Source: an uncultured delta proteobacterium
Lineage (GTDB): Bacteria > Desulfobacterota > Binatia > Bin18
Length of the DNA: 64,000 bases
Direction of reading: 5' to 3'
Assembly (NCBI GenBank): GCA_963733195.1
Contig: CAVTCR010000047.1
Coordinates: forward strand, 1-64,000
The notes beneath the pieces are model-generated. The model was not told where the DNA came from, did no database searches, and was given only the letters and a program-made list of their open reading frames with translations. This document shows positions 21,145-30,204 of this stretch, piece by piece (position 1 is the first letter of the stretch; each line of letters opens with the position of its first letter). Both the position numbers and the translations under genes were made by a program.

Positions 21145-22248
21145 ATGACCCAGCAACGAGTTCTTTCCGCTGATTCACACGTCGTTGAACCTGCAGATGT
21201 GTGGACCGCACGTATGGACATGCGCTACCGTGATCGAGCCCCACATATTGTGAAAGAGGCTAACGGCATTACCGGTGATTTCTTCGTCTGCGAGGGTCTA
21301 CAGCCATTTTCGGTCTCTGGTTTTGCTGTCGCTGGCGTTGATCCGAAAGACTACTCAACTGAGATGGTCAAAGGCTATCCTGGTGTTCGTCCTGGCGCAT
21401 GGGACCCTGCGCAACGCGTCAAAGACCAAGAAATCGACGGCGTCCAAGGTGAGGTATTGTACACTAGTTTAGGCATGTTCTTGTACGGCATTGAAGACGG
21501 TGGACTCCGCGCTGCGAGCTTCCGTGCTTATAATGATTGGCTCGCAGAGTTTTGCAGCTATGATCGTCGTCGTTTCGCTGGTATCGCGTTGATCCCAATG
21601 GATGATGTGCACGAAGCCGTGCAGGAAGTGCAACGCTGTACCAAACTCGGCTTGAAAGGTGGTTTGATCTGGGGCATTCCGCCGGAAGATCAGACGTATG
21701 ATAATCCAGTCTGGGACCCGCTGTGGGCGGCTGCACAAGACTGCGCTCTGCCATTATCGTTACACATTCTCACTGGTCGCAAAGGCAGCGGTATTGGTCC
21801 CAGCGTGATGAAAAGCTACCCTTCCCTACCGCACGCAATCGAGCGGTCGTTGAGCGATCTCCTTTTCGGCGGCGTACTCCAACGCTTCCCACGATTGAAA
21901 ATCGTTTCGGCAGAAAACGATATCGGTTGGGTTGGCCATTATCTCCAACGGATGGATCACGCATATGAAAAATACAAGTATCTGGAGAAAGGGACTGTCA
22001 TTCCTGAACCCCCAAGCTACTACTTCAAACGCCAGGTCTACGCAACGTTCCAGGATGATCGCATTGGTGTACTCACCCGCGAATATGCCGGAGTTGATAA
22101 CCTCATGTGGGCATCAGACTTCCCACATTCTGACTCGACCTGGCCACGGTCCAAAGAAGTGATTGCTCGTGATTTTGCTGGTGTCCCAGAAATGGAGATT
22201 CGCAAGATCGTCGACAGTAACTGCGCTACGTTGTATGGAATCGGGTAA
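21145..22248 (+). CDS. Amidohydrolase family protein (Amidohydro_2)
   Basis: SADSHVVEP, YNDWLAEFC, LSLHI, MWASDFPHSD. Confidence 0.9.
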   Translation: MTQQRVLSADSHVVEPADVWTARMDMRYRDRAPHIVKEANGITGDFFVCEGLQPFSVSGFAVAGVDPKDYSTEMVKGYPGVRPGAWDPAQRVKDQEIDGVQGEVLYTSLGMFLYGIEDGGLRAASFRAYNDWLAEFCSYDRRRFAGIALIPMDDVHEAVQEVQRCTKLGLKGGLIWGIPPEDQTYDNPVWDPLWAAAQDCALPLSLHILTGRKGSGIGPSVMKSYPSLPHAIERSLSDLLFGGVLQRFPRLKIVSAENDIGWVGHYLQRMDHAYEKYKYLEKGTVIPEPPSYYFKRQVYATFQDDRIGVLTREYAGVDNLMWASDFPHSDSTWPRSKEVIARDFAGVPEMEIRKIVDSNCATLYGIG

Positions 22249-22259
22249 CACTGCGTTCT

Positions 22260-22286
22260 GTAGGGGCACGATGCGCTGTGCCCCTT
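22260..22286. repeat. GTAG-family REP palindrome
   Basis: GTAGGGGCACGATGCGCTGTGCCCCTT. Confidence 0.65.
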
Positions 22287-22315
22287 GTCTGTAGGAAAGA
22301 CCGGAGGCGGGAATC

Positions 22316-22753
22316 TTGCCAACAGACGAGTTTATCAGTCAAGTGCAGCAGCACGGCATCGCAGCGGCAGAAATCAGCCGGCAAGAAAAACAACAACTGC
22401 AGCAACAATGGCGGGCGGTCTTTGCGTTCAACCTCAGAACACACATTAGCCAACGAAAATCCAACGATCGGGATTGGCATGTTTTCAGCACCAAACAGGC
22501 AACATATCGCGATGGGGCTACTGCTCTGAATTTCTATTTGCGTACCAAAGTTCCGGACTTCTTCATTGTCCCTGAAGATGACACTTTACCAGGGCTACGT
22601 TGCACGGGAGACACTCCCCCCGATCTTTCCTCACTCCAGCTTGATTTATATATTTCTCCGCCGGACTTCGCGTGGACAATGGTGTTTACCCACGAGCAGC
22701 CGTGGCACGGACCGTACTTTGCACGACGGGAGTGGCAAAAAATAAAATTATGA
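22316..22753 (+). CDS. DUF4275-like hypothetical protein
   Basis: WHVFS...DLYI...FAWTMVFTHE...GPYF signature. Confidence 0.7.
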   Translation: MPTDEFISQVQQHGIAAAEISRQEKQQLQQQWRAVFAFNLRTHISQRKSNDRDWHVFSTKQATYRDGATALNFYLRTKVPDFFIVPEDDTLPGLRCTGDTPPDLSSLQLDLYISPPDFAWTMVFTHEQPWHGPYFARREWQKIKL

Positions 22754-22808
22754 TTCTCCCGACAATGGGACTCCAGTTCAGTGTTTGCAGCCACCACATG
22801 TTCCCAGG

Positions 22809-22890
22809 CCGTCATTCCGGCGGAAGCCGGAATCCAGGAGTGGGGAACTGGATTCCGGGTCGCGGCCTGCGGCCTTGCCCGGAATGACGG
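22809..22890. repeat. REP-like palindrome pair (GTCATTCC...GAATCCAG family)
   Basis: CCGTCATTCCGGCGGAAGCCGGAATCCAG / CTGGATTCCGGGTCGCGGCCTGCGGCCTTGCCCGGAATGACGG; reverse complement of the core at 4368 and 51601. Confidence 0.8.
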
Positions 22891-22956
22891 ACGTAGTCGC
22901 CAGCCGGCCTTGTTTCCTCATCAACCCTAACCCCTAATCCCTAGCCCCTATTTTTT

Positions 22957-24036
22957 ATGCTCTATTCTTTCCTTCGCTCCCTCTTGTTCTCTGTTGACCC
23001 CGAGCGCGCGCATCATCTCGCCATCGATACTCTCAAGTTGTTACAGGTGGCCCCGGCTTCCTTTTCACCTCCTTCTGATTCACGGCTGAGTCAAAACGTA
23101 TGGGGGTTACATTTTCCCAATCCCGTTGGTCTGGCCGCAGGGTACGACAAGAACGCAGCCGTTCCTCTCGTTTGGTCCGCATTGGGGTTCGGGTTTGCTG
23201 AGTTAGGAACGATCACCGCCAAAGCACAGCCAGGAAACCCGAAGCCGCGTATTTTTCGACTTGAACAGGATGAAGCGCTCATCAACCGTCTAGGCTTTAA
23301 CAACGAAGGCGCAATAGCTGTCACCCAGAGGCTCACTCGCGTTCTGCCTCCGAGTCGTTCACATCCAGTTCCGCTTGGCTTCAACATCGGCAAGTCAAAA
23401 GTCACACCGCTCGAAGAAGCCGAGAGTGACTATCTCATCAGTCTTGAACAGTTGTTTCCTTTCGCGGATTATCTCGTTGTCAATGTCAGCTCTCCGAACA
23501 CTCCAGAGTTACGCAAACTTCAAGAATCCGAACGACTTGGCCGGCTGCTCGAGACACTCCAAGCACGCAACAGACAACTTTCCATCCAAGCAAAGATTGC
23601 TTCAAAGCCGCTCCTGGTAAAGATCGCACCTGATCTGGTTGATGAGGAAGTCACAGAAGTCGCGCGAATTGCACAAGCTGTTGGTGTTGCTGGCCTCATC
23701 GCGACAAATACCACGGTCGCACGCCCACGATTACGTACGTCCATCAAAGAAGAAGGTGGGCTGAGCGGAAAGCCGCTAGCCGCACGCGCATGTGAAGTCC
23801 TCCGCATACTCTATCGTGCAGTTGAAGGAAAACTTCCATTGATCGGCGTTGGCGGGATCTTCTCTGCCGAAGATGCTTATGCACGTATTCGTGCTGGCGC
23901 ATCGCTGATTCAAATCTACACCGGTCTGATCTATCAAGGTCCATTACTCCCGCGTGCCATTGTTTATGGACTGAGTACACTTTTGGCACGGGATGGAATA
24001 CCTCATATCCATGAAGCAGTGGGGAAGAATGTATAA
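22957..24036 (+). CDS. pyrD: Quinone-dependent dihydroorotate dehydrogenase
   Basis: GLAAGYDKN, INRLGFNN, NVSSPNT, KIAPD, GGLSG. Confidence 0.96.
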   Translation: MLYSFLRSLLFSVDPERAHHLAIDTLKLLQVAPASFSPPSDSRLSQNVWGLHFPNPVGLAAGYDKNAAVPLVWSALGFGFAELGTITAKAQPGNPKPRIFRLEQDEALINRLGFNNEGAIAVTQRLTRVLPPSRSHPVPLGFNIGKSKVTPLEEAESDYLISLEQLFPFADYLVVNVSSPNTPELRKLQESERLGRLLETLQARNRQLSIQAKIASKPLLVKIAPDLVDEEVTEVARIAQAVGVAGLIATNTTVARPRLRTSIKEEGGLSGKPLAARACEVLRILYRAVEGKLPLIGVGGIFSAEDAYARIRAGASLIQIYTGLIYQGPLLPRAIVYGLSTLLARDGIPHIHEAVGKNV

Positions 24037-24127
24037 CTGCTCAAGCTCTTGCGAGCGCATCTCCTCCGACGGATGAGTCTCCTCTGTGCTGCTCTTCTAC
24101 GATACTGACTGACGCAGCCAGTACGCG

Positions 24128-25783
24128 TTAGGCAGGAGCAAAGGGGGGCTGACGTGGTTGAGAAGGTGCTTTGACTCTTTTTTGCTTAATGACAAAAGTC
24201 TTACCAGCAATGAGAATCGAGCCTTGTCGTTTGGCTCCTGTGTCGTTGGTTGCCACCTCATACACCACCTCGTTTTTACCACTGCCCCTGCCCCCTTCGG
24301 TAATAACGATCCAAGGCACGGTGCTCACTGCAGTCCATCCACAGCCGTTACGAGTCGAGACTTTAAGTTTTCCGGACGTCGCTGGCGCATTCACCGAACG
24401 CTTAGAAGGAGAGAATTTATAAGTGCACGGAGGAAAAGAAGCGTCGGGGTACAGAAAGGCAACGCCGCTTTCATCATCAGGATGCAGCGTCGCTCCTCGT
24501 TCATCGAAATGAGCAGTAGCAAACATCGTTGCCTCAGGATTAGCGCTATGATTAAGACCAAGTACATGACCAAGCTCGTGAGTCGCGATTTCAGCAATAT
24601 TTGCTGGACTTTTGAACGCCTGACAATTGTCCCAGCCGTTGGCAAACACAAGGTCTGCCTCAAGAATGGAGACAAATGTCTGTTCGTGTAGCGTGCGGCG
24701 CTTATCCGATACGGTTACGTAAGAAACCGCTGCCAAGACGCCAGTGCAATTCACCGGATCAGAGAGTTGCGACGCCGGATCATTAAAAGAAATAGCGTTG
24801 ACTTTATCGGCAAGGAAACCAGCCGAATTGGTAGTCACGCCCTTTTGGAAGCGAAAAGTGGACTGACGAGCCGTGTTCCATACTTGCAGTGCAGCATCGA
24901 TCTGTGCTTCTCCTGAAGGAAAAATATTGTTCGGATTGAGGGACATAATGACTGGAAGCCCACTGTCGGGTTCGAACCAACGTATTGGCGGAAATCCAGT
25001 CAGCACGAAATCTTCTTGTGTGTCTATCGTAGTTCCCAATAAGGATGGTCGCAACGATAAGGGGACAGAAGCTACCCTTTGCTCTCTTGACGCCGTACGA
25101 AGTATATTCCGGATCCTCGCTTTCAATGCCGTCACTTCATAGAACTCACTGGAGGTGGAGGCCGTCTGAGCCCTACCAGTTCTTACGTCTGTTAGTAGGC
25201 GAACACCTTCCGGAGTCTCCTCACGGTAAGCAAACTCTTTTCCTGTATCACGATCAGTGAAGAGAGAAAACTTCCCTTGGTACAAATGCGCGACACACGC
25301 ACTGCCATCAGGATTCGTATCCAGAAAGAGAAGAACTCTCTCACCAACTCTGAATTCTGGTGAGCCATCAACCCACGAGCGCAGGTGTCCAACCGTACCC
25401 CCTAGCTGTTTGAGTGTAAAAGCGCCTTCTGTAAATTCGCCTTTCAAGACTTCTTGGGGTGTCATAGTAATATGAGTAAATATCTGCCCTGCTTGGTTAT
25501 CCCAATAACTCTCGATTGCTTTTACTTGACCAACAACAATCGCCGTCGCGTGCCGGGTCATATCGTCTTCCGAGACAGGGATTACTAATGTCGCAGACAC
25601 GGAAAACGGAGAGAAGAGAAAGCAGATAAGAAGGATAGCAACAAAACCGGACCATAAAGGAAAGCTTTTGCTTGGTGGCGCAAAGGAAGCAGGCTTGCGG
25701 TTCGATGTTGTAAGGTAACAAGATTCCACGCCAATAGCCGTCGGCATGCGCGAGTCCTCCATTGTCAGATCTTTCTGTGCCAT
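24128..25783 (-). CDS. Secreted matrixin-like (M10) zinc metalloprotease with C-terminal BACON-like domain
   Basis: Signal-like hydrophobic segment, HELGHVLGLNH, Met-turn ATMFA, CGWTAVSTVPWI...N.TG.KRQG. Confidence 0.85.
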   Translation of the reverse strand: MAQKDLTMEDSRMPTAIGVESCYLTTSNRKPASFAPPSKSFPLWSGFVAILLICFLFSPFSVSATLVIPVSEDDMTRHATAIVVGQVKAIESYWDNQAGQIFTHITMTPQEVLKGEFTEGAFTLKQLGGTVGHLRSWVDGSPEFRVGERVLLFLDTNPDGSACVAHLYQGKFSLFTDRDTGKEFAYREETPEGVRLLTDVRTGRAQTASTSSEFYEVTALKARIRNILRTASREQRVASVPLSLRPSLLGTTIDTQEDFVLTGFPPIRWFEPDSGLPVIMSLNPNNIFPSGEAQIDAALQVWNTARQSTFRFQKGVTTNSAGFLADKVNAISFNDPASQLSDPVNCTGVLAAVSYVTVSDKRRTLHEQTFVSILEADLVFANGWDNCQAFKSPANIAEIATHELGHVLGLNHSANPEATMFATAHFDERGATLHPDDESGVAFLYPDASFPPCTYKFSPSKRSVNAPATSGKLKVSTRNGCGWTAVSTVPWIVITEGGRGSGKNEVVYEVATNDTGAKRQGSILIAGKTFVIKQKRVKAPSQPRQPPFAPA

Positions 25784-26148
25784 CTTTTTCCACTATGCGC
25801 GACAATACGCTGTGCCCACCGTGAACTTAGCGATGATTGTACCGGAGGGAGAAGATCAACAAAAAATCCACAGAGAGGGTAGAGGATAAGTATAATCCAT
25901 TTGCGAAAAAAAATCGAACGTTGACTACCCTCCGCAAGGCTACAAGTACAGTTACTCTCAGGTTTGCTTCTCGATCCTGAGTTGTCGTATAGTTTCTGCA
26001 TACATGGGGAGGAGGAGGCATTCGGCAGGCTCTACCGATTTGGTTTGATTTTTCCTTGTCAGCGAAAAAGAATCAAGCCATAATCCCCACCTAAACTACT
26101 CGCCCCTCTTGTTAAAGCCATGATTACTAGTACGGAAGGAGAAGCTGC

Positions 26149-29100
26149 ATGGCAGGGAGGTCTTTTTTGTCACGCTTGTATGCACTACTAGTAGGAGTTG
26201 TCTTCTTGTGTTTATCCTGTCTTGCTCCAGGTGGGTTGCCGCGCCCCGTATCTCAGTCGGTCGTGGATAATGCTCCCATACGCCATCCCATAATACAAAC
26301 TGCTCTCGCCCCCGCTCACTCCCACTACATCAAAACCATAGGGCTTCAGGGTGATATGTATGGCAAGTTGCCCTTGAGCTTCGAAGCCAACCGCGGGCAG
26401 ACTGACCCGCAGGTGAAGTTCCTTTCACACGGTCCCGGATATGCCTTGTTTCTTACTGCAAACGAAGCGGTCCTATCCCTGCAAAAAAGTGCACAACGCG
26501 AAATGCCAAATGAGGAGCGGAAAAATGCTCATCTATCATTCGGTCCCCAGGCTGTCGTACGCATGCAAGTGTTGGATGCCAACCCGATGCCTCTGATCAT
26601 AGGCGCAGAAGCATTACCTGGCAAAGTAAACTATCTACACGGAAACGATCCTGCGCTGTGGCGCACTGACATTCCAACCTACAGCAAGATCCAGTACCAA
26701 GACGTATATCCTGGGATTGATCTAGTTTACTACGGTCAACAACGCCAGCTTGAATATGACTTCATTGTAGCACCGGGAAGCACCCCCTCAACCATTCGCC
26801 TCACCTTCACCAATGAAGTCGGACAACCGCTGCCACAAACGCTGGATACCCAGGGAAACCTCATACTCCACACACCGGCAGGTGAAGTACAACTACACAA
26901 ACCGTTTATCTATCAAGAGAACAACGGCACCCGAACGGAGATCGCAGGTAGCTATGCCCGACACGGCACCACGCTAGGTTTCCAGGTAGCGTCCTACGAT
27001 AAAAGCCAACCCCTAGTGATTGATCCAAAGCTGATTGTCTATTCCACCTTTCTTGGCGGTGACCGGAGAGACTCTGCCTTTGCTCTGGCGCTTGATGAAG
27101 ACCGTAACGTCTATCTCGCTGGACAAACGCTCTCTGCTAATTTTCCACTCACTTCAGGGGCTGTTGATACAACTGCGGATGTCAATAATGGCGACGCTTT
27201 CATCGCCAAATTGAACGACACCGGTACCGAGATACTCTACTCGACATATCTGGGCGGCCCCGGCGCTGATGTGGCAAAAGCTATCGCAGTCGATAGCGAT
27301 GGAAATGCCTACATAGCGGGAGAAACCCTGGCTCCTGATCAACTCACGCCAGTTTTTCCCACTACACCTGATGCGGTCCAGCCAACCTCTGGCGGTGGTG
27401 TGTCTGATGCTTTCGTCGCTAAACTGAACGACACTGGCACCGAGTTGCTCTACTCCACGTACCTGGGTGGTGAAGCCTATGACCGTGCCAATGCTATTGC
27501 GATCGACGCGAGTGGAAATGCGTATATCGTTGGGCAGACGCTTTCGGACTTCTTTTTCCCTGATTCAGAGAACCATACGGTATTCGGCGATGGTCCGATA
27601 GCTCCGAATAACACCGCAGATCTTCCTCACGATGCCTTTGTCGTTAAGCTCAACCCAACAGGTACGGAGCGGTCGTACACCGCAGTCTTCTCGGGGAGAG
27701 CATATGAGGAGGCTACGGCCATCGCTGTCAACGAAAACGGAGAAGCCTACGTTGTGGGATTTACATCCTCATTTAACTTCCCGGTTACGCTCAATGCCTT
27801 TCAACCAGACTACAGCTCTACAGATAACACGAGCGATGCTTTTGTCGCTTTGCTGGACACCACGGGTACTATCTTAAAGTACTCTACGTATCTGGGGGGA
27901 GGTCCTGGAGATGATGAACCTTCGCATCCTAGTCCCGATGCTGCTTTCGGTGTTACGATCGATGCTGGGGGCAACGCGGTAGTCACGGGCGTTACTGCTT
28001 CTCCTGAATTCCCTACAAGCGTGCGCCTGGGCGGGGAAGTGTCGGTGATACGTGACCCGGAAGTTGAGGATTTGCTTGAATTACTCCCTGATGCCATCCA
28101 AAACAATCTTGTTGGTATTCAGGATGCTTTTGTCTCGATTATTGACGTTGGCAACACGGGGAGCTTGCTGTACTCCACTTACCTGGGTGGGGAAAACATC
28201 CGGTATGCTGGTGCTGTTGCTATTGATAGCGTCGATCCCAGTGCAGGCCTTACCTATAATGTATATATAGCTGGAACCACGAGTTCGACGATTCCGACCA
28301 CGACCTGCGCTGTCCAGCCGATCTATAGTGGCGGTTCGTCCGACGCCTTTATTAGCAAAATCACACTTAACCCTCCCGCTCCATCGAGGTTACAGTACGC
28401 TACCTACCTCGGCGGCAGTGAAAAAGACGAAGCGTATGGGTTTGCTATCGACAGCGATCTCAATATGTACGTCGCTGGACTTACCCAATCCTCTTCCTTT
28501 TTCACTACCCCCGACAGTGTGCAGCCGAGTTTCGGTGGAACGGAAGATGCCTTTGTCACTAAGTTCGACACTCTCTCGCACGCACCTTGTGCCGATGTAC
28601 GCCTGACCATGACTGCTACCCCCGATCCGATAACTATTGGGAATAACGTGACCTATTCTCTCGCAGTGACTAACCTTGGACCTGACATCGCAACCAATGT
28701 CACGGTCACCGATACACTTCCGACTGGGATGACATTATTGAGCGTAACCCCTTCGACCGGAACCTGCGTCGGGACAACGACAATCACTTGTAGCCTAGGA
28801 ACCCTGACGTCCTCACAAACCGATACCATCATTATTGTCGCCCAAGCCACGACTGCTGGGGCACCCATCAACCGTGCGTCTGTCACAGCTTCAGGGCCTG
28901 ACTTCGATGAGAACAACAACATAGCCGCAGTGAACACCTCGGTTGTTGACGGAAATAGTCTGCTTGTCACAGTCAGTAATGAAACAGGTACGAGCGGCCA
29001 AGTAATAAGTCGTCCAGAAGGGATTGCTTGTCCACCTGATTGCGTCGAGGCATTTCCGCTAGGGACTAGTGTCAATCTCACTGCCAAACCGGATGTGGCA

Positions 29101-29579
29101 ACCTCCTCCTTTATCGCTGGGGAGGTGCCTGCTCAAAGTCGGAAACCACACCGTTCTGTAACCTGACTGTCGATGGTGACCTGGCAGTAGAGGCGAGCTT
29201 CGCTTCTGCGACAGGTCTCGCAGGAGAATGGGAGAGCTTGACGCAGACGTGTCGTGTCAAGGGTAAAAAGCAACAACTTAGCTGTCGAGTGACCGGAACA
29301 CTAAAAGTGATCAACACGGGTCCAGTACGAGCAGGAAAGTCCATTACTCGTTTCTTCTTCTCAGACGACCCTACTCTCAACGCCGGATATGTGGTGCTCA
29401 AAGATAAAAAGGTGTCTGGGCTTAATGCCGGGAGTGAACAGCTCATCAACGTAGACCTGCGTCTCCCGTCGGGAGTGAATGGAAGCGGCAAGTTTGTGGT
29501 AGCGTTTGTCGATGCCGATGCGCAAGTGGCAGAAGGCGATGAAGCAAACAATCGCGCAGTCTTTGGACCGCTCCCGTGA
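26149..29579 (+). CDS. Large exported SBBP beta-propeller repeat protein with DUF11 and CARDB-like domains (frameshift near 29110)
   Basis: FEANRGQ, repeated YSTYLGG / IAVD..GNAYIAG.T / DAFVAKL, VTNLGPD.ATNVTVTDTLP, C-terminal VD...VAEGDEANN. Confidence 0.88.
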
Positions 29580-29721
29580 GTTCGACTTTACTAATGAGAG
29601 AGTGGCTTGCAAGCCAAGCGACAGGTTTGTAAGCTGGCCCTTACTCTGGGCCGAAAGGCATCTTGAGGAAGGGATAGTCCCTGCACGATCACGTAATCTC
29701 GTTGTCAGAGGAGGAATACTC

Positions 29722-30117
29722 ATGGTCGCAATTCCCGACCAATTTAAAGATCTGTTGGAAAAGAAGGCCTTCGCACATCTTGGCACCGTCATGAAAGACG
29801 GGACTCCACAGGTCACACCAATTTGGTTCGACTACGATGGCACGCATGTTCGTATCAATTCAGCCAAGGGGCGGTGGAAGGACAAAAATATGCGCAACCG
29901 TCCAAAGGTCGCGCTGTCAATCCTCGATCCCGATAATCCCTATCGTCATATGCAGGTTCGTGGCACGGTCACGGAAGTCACAGAAAATGGAGCTGATGCG
30001 CACATTGATTCACTCGCCAAAAAGTATCTCGGTCAGGATAAGTATCCATTTCGCCAGCCTGGTGAAGTGCGCGTGATCTACAAGATCGCAGTCGAACGCG
30101 TGAATACGATGGGGTGA
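29722..30117 (+). CDS. PPOX-class F420-dependent oxidoreductase
   Basis: GAGGAGG RBS; DGTPQVTPIW, K.KNMR.RPKVALS, HIDSLAKKY. Confidence 0.88.
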   Translation: MVAIPDQFKDLLEKKAFAHLGTVMKDGTPQVTPIWFDYDGTHVRINSAKGRWKDKNMRNRPKVALSILDPDNPYRHMQVRGTVTEVTENGADAHIDSLAKKYLGQDKYPFRQPGEVRVIYKIAVERVNTMG

Positions 30118-30204
30118 GATTAGGGGTTGGGGCTTGGGTGAAGTGTAAAAAGTAAAGAAGGAGAAAGAAAAATTCTTAATTCTTTACTCCTAATTCTTCA
30201 CTCT

